Under the pieces are notes generated by a model, which was not told where the DNA came from, searched no databases, and was given only the letters and a program-made list of their open reading frames with translations. DNA of 64,000 nucleotides, taken from positions 11,966,001-12,030,000 of the forward strand of contig OX597830.1 of NCBI GenBank assembly GCA_951406725.2. Direction: 5' to 3'. Positions 12,109 through 24,510 of the stretch are shown here, one piece after another (position 1 is the first letter of the stretch; every line of letters begins with the position of its first letter). This DNA is from Octopus vulgaris. Its lineage: Eukaryota. The position numbers and the translations under genes were made by a program.

Positions 12109-12427
12109 TGTAGCGCGATGGATGAAGAGGACAACAGAAGAAGAAGAAACGGGAGAAAGAAATACAAAAGGCCTTACCTTGGCGAAAATCAGCAGTCTCT
12201 CACGAATTCGACACGTCCTGTCGCTTCGTTGTCTATCCTCAAACTGGCCCGCTTCGTCGATGACCACACATGTGTCATGCTTGACTGCTTCCGCTTCCTG
12301 CCCCACATGCACCCTGCAGTCTTCTGACGGCCCCTGCAAGCCCTACTTCTGCCCACCTCATCTGTCACCCTCTCCACCAGCACCACATAGCTCATCATGT
12401 CCCATAACACCGACTGCCAACACCACA
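12109..12427. mobile_element. Solo LTR of an LTR retrotransposon
   Basis: Starts TGTAGCG, ends CACCACA; flanks agaat/ggaat (5-bp TSD, 1 mismatch); GC- and CpG-rich against AT-rich flanks. Confidence 0.7.
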
Positions 12428-13103
12428 GGAATAAAAAGAAATCTTGAATAAAGTTTTTATAAGTTAAATCACTTAAAACAGGAAATTTGCATCGTAGAAC
12501 TGTATCGTAGGACTGTCCCAGGCAGGTTGGTATCAAAAGGGTTCAAAATTCTCTTGATTTACAACTATCATGTTTAGTGGCATTCCCTCAACTTTGAAGT
12601 CATCTTTGCCTCAAGAAAATTTTCAGCATTTTCTATTACAAATAATTTGATGAAAAATTTGTTTCGCATTAGCAGCTCTGGCAAATTGAAATAAAAGAAG
12701 TCTCAGCCTTTGTCTTTTCAAACTTCCAGACCATTGACGTGTCCAATCTTCTCATCCTTCTTCTTCTTGGCTTGAGCAACATGAAATTAAGGGCTTTGAT
12801 AAAAGAGAATGCTATGCATTGCCCAGTCAAAGAATTGCAACCACAATCCCACAATCATGAATGCAACACCCTAACCACTGGGCTCTGCATCTCAACATAC
12901 ACACACACACACGTGTGTATGTATATATGCACATGTACGTATATATGCATACAAACATATATATATATACCTCCCACACACATATATATATACATGTATA
13001 TGCACATATATATGTGTATATATTCATGTGCATGTGTGTTTAATAAATATATATGTACATATATGCATAGGTATAAACTTGTACATATATATATATGCTC
13101 ACT

Positions 13104-13143
<40 letters not shown>

Positions 13144-13247
13144 TATATATATATCATCTTCACCTTGACCGACCAGTCCATATTTACCAAGATGTTTTCG
13201 TCGCTTTGAGACTGCGACCTGTTCACTGATAAAATTTTGTGCTGCTT

Positions 13248-13298
<51 letters not shown>

Positions 13299-13371
13299 GT
13301 CTATATATGCATATACATATATTTATGTATATATATATATATATATGTCTATATATGCATATACATATATT

Positions 13372-13402
<31 letters not shown>

Positions 13403-13525
13403 TATGTGAAATAGAAAGATTTAACCGATACCTTGGTAGCAAAAATCACAGCAGTAAAACAGCACGGTTGGAGGTACAACCATATGGTGTTGCAACCGTG
13501 CGTTGGTGCGGATAATTGAAATTAG

Positions 13526-13641
13526 AACATTATTGGTGAATTGAAGAAATGGAGCTGAACGCAGATTGAACAGAAAGCGAAATAAAACGATTTCTGTTCA
13601 ATCTGCGTTCAGCTCCATTTCTTCAATTCACCAATAATGTT
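13526..13641. repeat. Perfect hairpin, 51-bp arms, 14-nt loop
   Basis: 13526-13576 is the exact reverse complement of 13591-13641. Confidence 0.95.
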
Positions 13642-13924
13642 ATATATATATATATATATATGCATACACACATGCATACATAAATACTTCTCCACTCTCA
13701 TTAATTCTACCCCGACTTAGTCATGGGATCTTTCCTTTCGAGAAAGCACCCAGTACATACTATAAGTTAGTTGGTGTTAGAAAGGGCAACCACCTGTAGA
13801 AAACCTGTCAAAGCTCATGCTGGAGCTTGGCTGTGTTCTGCAACTTGCTGGTTCCTGTCAAACCATCCAACCCATGCTAGCTTGGAAAAATGGATGTTAA
13901 ATTTGGAAGGCTAATAATGCTTCC

Positions 13925-14050
13925 CAATTATACGATTCCAGGTTCAGTCCCACTGTGTAGCAGCTTGTGCAAGTGTCTTCTACTATAGCCTTGGTCTAAT
14001 CAAAGCTTTGTCAGTAGATTTGGTAGATAGAAACTGAAAGAAGCCTGTCA
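13925..14050 (+). mobile_element. SINE family A, partial
   Basis: ccaggttcagtcccactg...gaaactgaaagaagcc matches family A. Confidence 0.8.
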
Positions 14051-14164
14051 TGTATGTGTGTGTGTATGTATGTATGTATGTATGTATGTATGTATGTATG
14101 TATGTATGTATGTATGTATGTATGTATGCATGTATGTATGAACGCATGCATGCATGCACATATG

Positions 14165-14695
14165 TATATCCCCTTGATCACCTTGACCGACCAGTCCGTC
14201 AGGCGTCCATTTGACACCGCTGGCCACAGCATGCTGTTCATTCCTCTTTGGATCTTGCCTTTCTCATCCACATGATCGCAATTGTCCTCCTGAAATCGTA
14301 ACTCCACCGTCATGGAGGTCTTCCGGGTGGTCTTTTCCACTTGCGCAGGTACCACTCGACAACTGTGCGGGTCCACCAATTATCGGTGAGCCGGGTGACG
14401 TGTCCAGCTCATCTAAACTTGCTGCGTGTATACTCTGCGATGACATTCCTCACGCCGGACTTCATGCTGATGATCTCGCTACTGATGTGCTTTCTGAACG
14501 AGATACAAAGCATTTGACCTTTCCATGGCTCTTTGTGCCGTTACCAGTCTTTGCTCTTCTCTCTTTGTGGTAGCCCATGTTTCACTACCATATAACATTG
14601 CAGGTAGAACTGTACTGTTGATGAGGTTAGCGTAGGTGGTCCTGTCCAACCTCTTGAGCACATCCCTTATGCCATTAAACATCTTCCATCCATAT
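14165..14695 (-). mobile_element. RTE LINE 3' fragment (second RTE family); short related 3' piece at ~13155-13250
   Basis: NSTVLPAMLYGSETWATTK.EEQRL..AQRAMERS (ORF 14479-14682); caccttgaccgaccagtcc is shared by both pieces. Confidence 0.85.
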
Positions 14696-14704
14696 ATGTA
14701 TATA

Positions 14705-14939
14705 TCTATTTTTCTTTACTACTCACAAGGGGCTAAACACAGAGGGGACAAACAAGGACAGACAAACGGATTAAGTTAATTAGATCGACCCCAGTGTGTA
14801 ACTGGTACTTAATTTATTGACCCCGAAAGGATGAAAGGCAAAGTCGACCTCAGCGGAATTTGAACCCAGAACGTAACTGCAGACGAAATACGGCTACACA
14901 TTTCGCCTGGCATGCTAACGTTTCTGCCAGCTCGCCGCC
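14705..14939 (-). mobile_element. tRNA-derived SINE, family B (~235 bp)
   Basis: Minus head ggcggcgagctggcagaaacgttagc...gttcaaattcc, core ggtcgactttgcctttcatcctttcggggtc; several copies in window. Confidence 0.9.
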
Positions 14940-15632
14940 ATATCACTACACAAATGTATATGTCACTACACAAATGAATAGGGATAGTAAAAAAGTGTTG
15001 AGTACTCTTTTGAGTACCCTATAAAATATCAACTAGAACAACTGGTGATAATTGCTGTGGACCATATAATCCATGCAAATTACATTTACGCTTCTGTCCA
15101 ATTAGTAAATTCAAAGCTCACATCTGAAGATATCAGAGTATAGTATGAAACCCTAGGATAAAGAGAGAATTAAAATGATGTGTTAATTCTGCACAGAAAT
15201 CAAGCCATATTTTTATTAACTATTGTATTACGTAGATCAAGCCAATCAACATGAGCAAATCCTTTGTAGATTATTCACTCAACATTTGGTACCTTTATTA
15301 CTGTTTATATTTTGTTTGTGAGTGCATGTATCAATATTCTTAGTATCTTTAGTGAGTAATCAGTAAGCCTGATTTTATTTTTACTGATTCCCTTATATTG
15401 GTGTTTCTGTGTGTGAGAAGAATCTGTATAATACATCGCATTAAATGTGTTAAAGTGTGTAGTTTCAACCTTATTATATCCTCATTTCAATTCCTTCTGA
15501 ACTCTACCTCACATTTGTTTCTTCAAATAGTACCAGTAATTATATAAGGGATACAATTTAATTTGTTTGACTTTAATATATTATGGCTCAATATCACTAT
15601 ACGAAGTAATTATCGTTGTCACTGCCACTGCC

Positions 15633-15819
15633 CCCTCCTCCACCACCACCACCTCTTCTTCTCCTTCTTCTTCTCCTCCTCCTCCTCCTCCTCCTCCTTC
15701 TTCTTCTCCTCCTCCTCCTCCTCCTCCTTCTTCTCCTCCTCCTCCTCCTCCTCCTCCTTCTTCTTCCTCCTCCTCCTCCTTCTTCCTCCTCTTCTTCTTC
15801 TTCTTCTTCTTATTCTCCT

Positions 15820-15851
<32 letters not shown>

Positions 15852-15947
15852 TTCTTCTTCTTCTTCTTCTTCTTCTTCTTCTTCTTCTTCTTCTTCTTCT
15901 TCTTCTTCTTCTTCTTCTTCTTCTTCTTCTTCTTCTTCTTCTTCTTC
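15633..15947. repeat. Compound (CCT)n/(CTT)n polypyrimidine tract (~300 bp)
   Basis: Seen directly; explains the poly-L/F/S/K/E ORFs. Confidence 0.95.
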
Positions 15948-17120
15948 AATATAATTGCATAGACCATTTTGCATATTAAGCACAATCATGCCAACTGGTA
16001 CATATGACTGGCAAGGTAATATCATTTTATTTTGAAACTGTAATACACTACATATATAATATAACACTATTAAACATGGTGAAATATAGTATTGGCTTTT
16101 AAACCTATAAAAATACCTAATACTATATTACAGTTACAAGATGAAACACTGTTGCTTTGCCAAATATTAAATAAAGGTATGAACTATATGTGAAATTTGT
16201 TTTTCTGCTTTTACCTAAATATTTATTTTTTCTTCAGATTTTAAATATGCATTTCCTTTTTTTTTTATCACATACATTGTGCTCGTGAAGAAAGTACATT
16301 TTTGATAATTGGGAAATTAATCTGGCATTATCATACCTGCAGGCTATTATAAAAAAAAATTCAGTTATATACTGTATTATATTCAATTAAGCAATCTTTG
16401 ATGCTTTAACATGACTTTATAAATTAGGATTATATTTTTCTTTGTATCTTCAACTTAGTGCTGTCATTGTAAACCCGTACTGTATTTATCTTGGAAACTG
16501 AAAAGCTTACACGGATGAATTAGCCGCAGGGGATACCGAGTATTTTTGTACAGCTGGTTCTAAGATCAACTCATCTACTTACACAAAAAGTATATATTGT
16601 TATTGATCAAATATAAGCTTAAGTCCTGTTATATCCTCTCAATGCACACAGTTTTGTTTAGCAGCTTCTGCCACATGACCAGAGCATAAAATCTTATATA
16701 GCTTTTAAATTAATCACCATTAATACAGTAACACTTTTTAAATATAGTGACATTAATCATATGATTTTAAACAACACACGTCTTATATATTCAATGGAAA
16801 ATTGTGCAATATGGAAGACTAGTTGAAAACAGGGAAACAATTACAGGCAGTTCTTTTAAGGTATATTTTGGAACTTTCTTTAATATTCTGGTGACAAGTA
16901 ATTATGCGTGAAAGTAAAATTATAGATTTACAATTATTTTACAAAATGTTGTATTGATTGTGCATCATGCAGATATGTAGGTGTACATATGTATTGGTGT
17001 GTGTGTGTGTGTGTGTGTATACATTCATACAAATATGTATATATCAATCTGCATTTACATGTACATATAAAAACACATATATACAGACACATTAATACAT
17101 AAGACATATATATATATATA

Positions 17121-17517
17121 TCTTTATATATAAAAGAGAAGTTGTGTGTCTGTCTCCTACGATTTAGATTCCTAACTACTCCCACATTTTGCGGTGTAGT
17201 TTAACCAAAACCGGGTATCTTATAGTCGTGATTCATATCGAGCCCTTCTGGGTATTAGCGCGCGTCTACGATGAGTCAACGATTTAAAAAAAAATTTACC
17301 ATGATTTTTTTCCATTTTAATGCATTTTTTTGCTATTATATAAGGGAAGTAACTTTCTAAAAATGTCTACGATGAGTCAACGATTTAAAAAAAAATTACC
17401 ATCATTTTTTTTCCATTTTTAATGCATTTTTTTGCTATTTTTTGGCTATAACTCTCTAAAAATGCTTATATAGTTATTTCCCTTACAAACCCGAGCAACG
17501 CCGGACGATACTGCTAG
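17121..17517 (+). mobile_element. Non-autonomous Helitron
   Basis: 5' TC, subterminal GC-rich hairpin (ccgagcaacgccgg), 3' CTAG, inserted between A and T; internal ~75-bp direct repeat. Confidence 0.8.
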
Positions 17518-17526
17518 TTATATATA

Positions 17527-18505
17527 CTAGCAGAAAGACTGCCCTCCGGGTGGTTTTCTGCTTGCCACTCAATAATATTTCCAGATTTGATTCCCAATTC
17601 TAATAATTTTTTATGATATTTTATGTCTAAATATTTCTTTGTATAATAGTACTCACTTAATTAGTAAATATCATTTCCATTATTTTATCACAATCATAAA
17701 CTCTCTTTTTTTTTAAAGAGTCAATTTGTTATATATATTTATCATTAATAATTGGTAGAACTTACATAGATGTGCATAGATAGATGGACGCACGGACGGA
17801 CAGACGGACGGAGGGAGGGAGGGACACACACACACATACACAAAAGTCTGGTGCTGTAAGAACACATGGGAATGGCGTTCATTTTCAAATATATCCAAAT
17901 TAAAAATGATCTAATATAACGATATCATTCATTTGGCATGTGTTAAAATATGCCAAAACAATTTAATTCCACTCAAATATATGTTACTTTACATTTATGT
18001 GTTAATTTATGTGTTAATTTATATGTTAATTCTATTTACTGAAACTTGCTAAAAAGTATATTTTGCTTTAAAGTACATCTCCTTGTAGATACGATTGTCA
18101 GTAATCGTACTGTTACCATTTCTCTCAGCCAATATTTTTACATTAGCCTTCTTTCGAACTCTAGATAATGCAACATGTAGCTGACCATGTGGGAAGAATT
18201 GTGTTGGAAGATATATTCCAATTTATTCAAAAGTCTGTTCCTGAGCCTTGTTGCACGTCAAGCCAAAAGCTGGCTTGACAGGAAATAGTTTGCTTGTAAA
18301 TGTGAATGGAAACTCCATTTCTTGAGATACATGTGGTATTCTTGGGATTGGCAGAGCTGATCCTGCATAAGGACCAGAAGCAACCTCAACCTCAATAACA
18401 TGATCATGTAAACTGACAATGATGTAACGTGTGCCATTGCAATGTCCGTTAGTAGCATCTAAATTTCTCAGAAGCATCATGAATCATTTTTTCTTCAGTT
18501 TGAGA
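17527..18505 (-). mobile_element. 3' fragment of autonomous Helitron (PIF1-like helicase C-terminus, pseudogenised)
   Basis: MLLRNLD..GHCNGTR...IPRI......PF.F....FPVKPAF.LT.NKAQ.QT (ORF 18223-18480), then HGQLHVALSRV; CTAG 3' end at 17527-17530. Confidence 0.9.
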
Positions 18506-18514
18506 AAGTATGTG

Positions 18515-19365
18515 TTAGTCTGTTGTAATGGGTCCATGCAAGCAATCCTAATGTCTAATTGAACATGTGGTGTATCTCTGCCAGGTTTGTCAACCACCTG
18601 CTGACCACTGAGCAGAAAGAACATTGCATAAAAGTCTGTCAAGATTTCCATCAGCATGCCACAGATGACCCATCCTTCATGTCGAGCATCATCACCGGTG
18701 ATGAGAGTTGGGTCTATGGGTACAAATCTGAGATGAAGCAGCAGTTGTTACAATGGGAGAGCCCTTCATGTCCCTAACAGACGAAGGCATGACAGAACCG
18801 TAGCTCAATCAAGAGCATGTTCATCATTCTTTTCAACATCGGTGGTATTGTGCATCAAGAATTCATCCTCCAGAGCCAGACCATCATTCAAGAGTTCTAC
18901 TGTGATGCTTTGAAGTGCTTGAGGGAGGACATTTGGTGAAAGTGACTGGATCTGTAGTGCATGAAGAATTGAATTCTTCACAACAATAATGCACCCTGTC
19001 ACCGAACTCTCTTTCTTTTCTCTTGGTTTCTCTCTGGAAACAACATGGTATTACTTCTACACCTGCTCTATTCACCAGATTTAGCACCTGTGGGCTTCCA
19101 CCTCTTTCCCAAGATGAAAATGCAGCTCAGAGGTCACCATTTTAACACCGTTGTCAGGATTCAGAGCAAAGCAGAAAGTCCTTGGCTTGCTTATGCAGAA
19201 GGTTCTCAACTTGCTTATGCAGATTATCCTTGACTCCAAAACTGGCAGGAACACTGGGACCAGTGTATTGCTGCACAAGGTGACTATTTTAAAGAAGATG
19301 ATGTTAAAACTTAGGTAAATAAGTTATTTTTTTTATTAAATATCGCTAGTCTAGGAACTTTTTGA
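18515..19365 (+). mobile_element. Decayed mariner transposon
   Basis: IITGDESWVYGY, HN.NAP.H and YSPDLAP..F.LFPK motifs; stops and frameshifts. Confidence 0.9.
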
Positions 19366-20146
19366 CGAGTACACAAGAAAGACTTTTAACATTTCAGGCT
19401 GAATTTCATCCTTTCCATATCTGAGCACTTTAATCACCTGTATGATTTCAGCCTCTGACAGGTCAGTATTTTCCCCCTTAACACCCCAGGAAATTTTATA
19501 ATGACTGGATTTAGGAGATCAACAAAGTATTCACTCCACCTCCTAAGGATACTCTTCTAAGTAGAGCTAAGAACCCCATCTAAGTTCTTAATGAAGATGT
19601 GGAAGATGACTTCTTGTTATGAAGTTGGCACGTTGTCTGCCCAAATATTTTATCGGTCAATCTAAAGTCAGAGTCCACCTTAACTTCAAAGTCCTGGAAA
19701 AAGCATATGACTGCATGCTGTGGGACATGCTGTGGAGAGTTTTACAGGCATTTGGGATAAATGAACAACTTCTGGTTGCTGTTAAGTCCCTTTGTGTGAA
19801 TGCCCAGGTATCTGTGTTTGGGTAAATGATGCTATGTCAAAACCTTTCAACATGGGTGTTGAACTTCAGCAGGGGTGTGTATTGTCACCTTTCTTTTTTA
19901 TAATCTTTATGAACTGAATTGACATATACAGCTGTTGTGGAAATGGAATCACAATCAGGGACGTAGGATCTGTCAACTGATACTTGCAAACAATTAGGTG
20001 CTGCTGAATGAGTTTGTTGCTGAGTGCTACAAGACAGGGATGAGAGTTAGTGTTGTGATGACCGAGGCACCGGTCCTCTCAAGAAACTCTTCCCAGTGCA
20101 CTTTCCATATTAATGGAATATCATTAAGACAAGTTTGAGTATCTTA

Positions 20147-20643
20147 AGATTACGTGTTAAGTTTAAGGGTTTATAAATTATAGGAATATTGATAGGAATT
20201 ATTATATCATTGTTGTTAAATTTTTGATCAAAGTGGGAGCTATGTTTATGATATGTAATAATTTTTAGATTTATAAGATTAAAATATTTAAGGGTTGATT
20301 ATAGTGGGGTGAGGGAGTTTTATTTTTTTTTAGATAAAATCTCGATGATTTTGGTTTTATCAAGATTTTGAACGAGTAGTTTAATACTATTATCTCGATA
20401 TAAATCAGTAAAAAGAGTAAATAATAAAGTAAGGTATTTTTTTCTTTTTGTGTTTTGTTATTGTGTTTTGTGGTGATTGTTTTTTTTTTAGTAGAAAATT
20501 TATTTATGTTTTATTTATTTTTTGAAATTTCATTAATTCCTACCTTGTTATTAATTTTAAGTTGGGGTTATCAACCTGAACGTTTACAAGCTGGTATATA
20601 TATAATGTTATATATGGTTAGAGCTTCTTTACCTTTATTATTC
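20147..20643 (+). pseudogene. ND4: NUMT: 3' end of mitochondrial ND4L plus 5' part of ND4
   Basis: [29 protein letters not shown] is the conserved ND4 motif; in-frame TGA/AGA codons fit the invertebrate mitochondrial code; strong T/G skew; ATA start at 20180 overlaps a TAG stop; frameshift in poly-T near 20440. Confidence 0.92.
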
Positions 20644-21143
20644 ATGAGTAATGGAAGGCAGGAGGCTGAAGTGAATGCTAGAATTGCAGGTACTGTTTCA
20701 GTACTGCATCATTCCAACTTTTATTCCTCAGAAGAGTTTGGTAAAAAGCCACACTTGCTATTTTCAATTCAGTTTTTGTGCCTATTCTCACCTATGGTCA
20801 TGAATTTTGGGTAATGGGTATAGGAGCATGGTTGCAAATACATATGGCCAAAGTGGAGTTCCTCTGGAGGATTTCTGGAGTAAAGTTACTCAACCAAAGG
20901 CCATAGCTTGGCGATCAGGTAGTCTTTCCAGGTGGAGCCACCACTTCTCTGCATTGAGAGGGCACAGTTCTGGTCCTACAGACAGATTAGAATGTCACAG
21001 GAAATAATCAGAAGATGGATTCTTTAAGCTGATCCAATCAATCAGAGATTTAGGGGTAGACCAAGAATGAGATGATTGGATAATATCTGTGGTCTCAGTT
21101 GGTGATGCTTGGGAATCTATCAGGAAAGTCTATTGACAATTGT

Positions 21144-21445
21144 GGAGGCACATGGCCTAGTGGTTAGAGCAGCAGACTCGTGGTCAAGGGATTGCAGGTT
21201 CGAATCTCAGACCGTGTGATGTGTGTGTTTATGAGCGAAACACCAAAGCTCCACGCGGCTCCAGCGGAAGGAAATGGCGAAACTTCTGCTGATCCTTTTG
21301 CCACAGCTTTCTCTCACTCTTTCCTCCTGCATCTTGCAGCTCACCTGCGATGGACCGGCGTCCTGTCCAGGTGGGGAACCTACATGCCAAGGAAGGGAAA
21401 CCGGCCCTTATGAGCCAGGCATGGCTCGAGAAGGAACAAACAACT
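21144..21445 (+). mobile_element. tRNA-derived SINE with V-domain-like core
   Basis: A box tggcctagtgg, B box ggttcgaatc, core cctgcgatggaccggcgtcctgtccagg resembling the V-SINE domain (from memory); TSD-like attgaca(a/g)ttg. Confidence 0.75.
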
Positions 21446-21829
21446 ATAACATTGACAGTTGCTTCAGACAGATGTACCTGAGGACTCTACCCCCATAACC
21501 CTCCTAGAAATATTAGGTGGAGAATATGTATGTATGGGTGGATGGATTTACTGGACCTTTCTTGTTATTTTCCAGCTGTTTATTTTGTTCTATATGATTT
21601 CTATCGCAGTATATATTGCGTTTTATGTGTTTTCCCATCTAAGGTACATCAATAACTGGAGGAGGCAGTTACAACTCTTCTAGACTAATGTTATTTCAGT
21701 ATATCATTACTATACATCCAATAAACTGACCTGCCAACTTTCATTCCAGATTGAAGGAAATGGCCCTAACAGTACTTTGAATACATCCTGCTAAACACTG
21801 CTTGTTACAGCTAAGTTTCTAGAATACTG

Positions 21830-22430
21830 TCAGGATGTGAAAACAATTTGGAAGTTAACTTTGCAGTAAAGTTTTGTGTTAAAGTGGGCAAAAATGCTAC
21901 AGAAACTTACAAAATGATGGTTGAGTTCATTGCCTCCAATCCAAGAGTACTTCAGTCTCTAGTGATCTGTGTTGAAAGCTGGATATAGAGACAAGTGTTC
22001 AATGGAAGTATCCTGGCTTCCCCAGACTGAAGAAGTCCAGGCAGAGGAGGTCCTCTGAGAAACCCCCTTTTTTATCAGCAAGGGCATCATCTATGTCCAC
22101 TTGGTTCCCTCTGGCCAGGCAGTCAATAAAGAATTCTTTGTGGAGGTTTGGGGGAAATTCAGGAAGTGATTTCACCACAGAAGGCCAGAGCTCTTCTATA
22201 TAGGTCAGTAGAACCTGCACCAGGACAGTGTACCCATTCACAATTCCATCCTGGTAATCAAATATTTGACATAGATGGGTATGAAGTCTGCCCCTCACAC
22301 TCCCTTCAGTCCAGACCTTGCTCTTGTGACTTTTGGTTACCCCCCACCCCAGCTGCAGGAGAACCTCAAGGACAGTTGTTTTGAAGACAGTTGTTTTGAG
22401 AAGATTAAGGAGGCTATGACGAAATGCTAA
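21830..22430 (+). mobile_element. Highly decayed mariner remnant
   Basis: VKFCVKVGKNATET, LHQDS.P.H and PFSPDLA.CDFWL motifs. Confidence 0.75.
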
Positions 22431-23174
22431 TAATATATATATATATATATATTTTTTTTTTTCTCTGCCCAATTTTTGGGTTTTATACATTTGTCCCTTT
22501 ATAAAAAAGTGACCATTTTTTATTTATAATTTTTTTTACTCTGTCGGTGTGTTTGAGCCTTGTTTCTTTATATCTGCTTAATTTACCACAATTCATACTC
22601 TTTCTGTTTTGCCTTGTCTTTATTGCTAGTTTATCAACCTACTTTTGTATTTGCTATCAACCTTTCTCCCTCACTCTCTTAGCTTCAAATTACAATATAA
22701 TACATAGTGTTTACAAACACCATGCTCATACACCTAATGTTTCTTTCTCCTCCTCCTTCCCCTTCTCTGTACTATTATTATTTTACTACCTCTATTCTTT
22801 CTCTCTCAAAGCAGTCATTTTTCTTTTCATTGTTTTATTATTATTATTGAGGTAACAAGCTGGCAAACTTATTAGCACAGGCAGTCTACTAATTCCTGGT
22901 ACTTGACTTCACTATAACTGTGTAAATACACACACACACACACACACCATAAAAGCTAATGTAGTTGTCATGAAATAATTTAACTGATAGGATCCTCTGG
23001 ACTTTTTTACTGCATGGACACTCTGCCTTACACTTCTCTGTATTGGATTAACGAGTGAACTGTCAGCTGAGTCTGTAAGAGGAGTTTTTCGGTGATAGCC
23101 ACATAATTCTTTGAATCCATATCTTATATTACAAATCATATTGGAAATACTCCATCTTTCGACCCTTTCAGGAC

Positions 23175-23219
<45 letters not shown>

Positions 23220-23224
<5 letters not shown>

Positions 23225-23300
23225 TAAAGGCAGCAGAAATTTACCAAAAGCTGTTACTCGGAGTAACAGCTTTTGTTAAATTTCTGCTGCTTTTAAATAA
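23220..23300. repeat. Near-perfect palindrome (~40-bp arms) abutting (TA)n
   Basis: tatttaaaggcagcagaaatttaccaaaagctgttactc-g-gagtaacagcttttgttaaatttctgctgcttttaaata, 2 mismatches. Confidence 0.95.
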
Positions 23301-23894
23301 AGCATATTACTCTACCACTGGTATTTGAGTACTCTTTTTTTCCACCTTGTTTCACGTTTATGTGTTTACTCTGGTATATATATGTGTAGATAGCCACTGC
23401 CAGTGTCATGCAAATGGCACCTGTGATAGTGGTACATAAAAAGCACCATTATACTCTGGTGCAGCCCTCTGGCTTACCAGTTCCAGTCAAACCATCTAAC
23501 TCATGCCAGCATAGAAAGCAGCTGTTAAATGATGATGATGATGTAAAGATCCTGGAAGAGTAGAAAGCCGGTTTCTACAAAAGATACAAAACTCCTTTGT
23601 TGGAATGTAAATAACAAAAACATTGTCCTATACTGAACTTGAGAAAAGTCTTGTATATTTATACTGTATATATTTGTACTGATTTACTTACGGGTAGCAT
23701 TTGTAATGCGTGTGCTAAGTGATGTGTTTCTTTCTGAAAACCCTAGCATTTCCAAATTGTTATTTAGACATTTACTCACAAAATCAAGAGCACCCCTTAA
23801 TATTGATATAAATGTGAGTTTATAATCTGGATATAAAAGCTGAAGGTTTCAATGCAGTTGTTCATCATTATCCTTATACTCTTTGATTTTTGAA

Positions 23895-24225
23895 TCAAAA
23901 TCAAAATCGAAATAGATCAACATCAATGGAAATTGTAGCTGTGATACCAGTGCCGGTGACACATAAGAGAACCATCCGAATGTGGCCGTTGCCAGCGCCG
24001 CCCTGACTGGCCTCCATGCCGGTGGTACGTAAAAAGCACCAATCCGATCGTGGCCGTTTGCCAGCCTCATCTGGCACCTGTGCCGGTGGCACGTAAAAAG
24101 CACCCACTACACTCATGGGGTGGTTGGAGTTAGGAAGGGCATCCAGCCGTAGAAACATTGCCAGATCAGAACTGTCCAACTCATGCCAGCATGGAAAGCG
24201 GACGCTAAACGATGATGATGATGAT
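23895..24225 (+). mobile_element. RTE 3'UTR/tail repeat ending in (GAT)n; further copies ~13745-13900, 23395-23545, 39285-39590, 41045-41315, 49497-49680, 51475-51675, 55973-56128, 57662-57937, 58135-58377
   Basis: Shared ttaggaagggcatccagc...catggaaagcggacg..aaacgatgatg, which is also the 3' end of the RTE LINE at 26194-27722. Confidence 0.85.
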
Positions 24226-24510
24226 TCACATCAGCAGGGCATCTGATCTCCATGGCAGTACATATGTTTTCTTTTCTGACCCAAACAGTAATATATAGTC
24301 TATTATGTTTGCACTAAGTAGGAGATTTGATGAGAATATCCCACCAATATTCCTTGTGTTAATGTATGTAATCAATATCAGGAGGGATAGGGTTGTTGTA
24401 TTTATCCCAGGACAGTTGTATTTTGGATGGCATTGTATATTGTTCTAGAGACAGTGTCATTTTGTGCCTTGATGGCATTTTTAGACAGATGCTGAGTGTT
24501 GTAACTGTAA

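Larger units (their letters stand above)
19385..21530 (+). mobile_element. RTE LINE with inverted 5' piece (~19385-19620), interrupted by a NUMT and a V-SINE-like element
   Basis: LEKAYD, QQGCVLSP.LF.IFM, FEYL...[16 protein letters not shown] and RGRPRMR motifs on plus; IK..DG....RW.EYF..LLN on minus at ~19510-19600. Confidence 0.8.

Noticed and set aside
15563-16067. Long poly-L/F/S/K/E ORFs
   Set aside because: Translations of a (CTT/CCT)n microsatellite
20455-20814. Functional nuclear ND4-like membrane protein
   Set aside because: Chimera of a frameshifted NUMT and a decayed LINE, with a TTG start only
21144-21215. tRNA gene (also 10360-10430 and SINE A/B heads)
   Set aside because: A and B boxes are present, but there is no complete cloverleaf and each continues into a SINE body
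16521-23073. Short minus-strand exon-like segments at ~16521-16569 and ~23032-23073
   Set aside because: Donors look plausible, but the peptides are unrecognisable and the upstream partner exon turned out to be TE-derived
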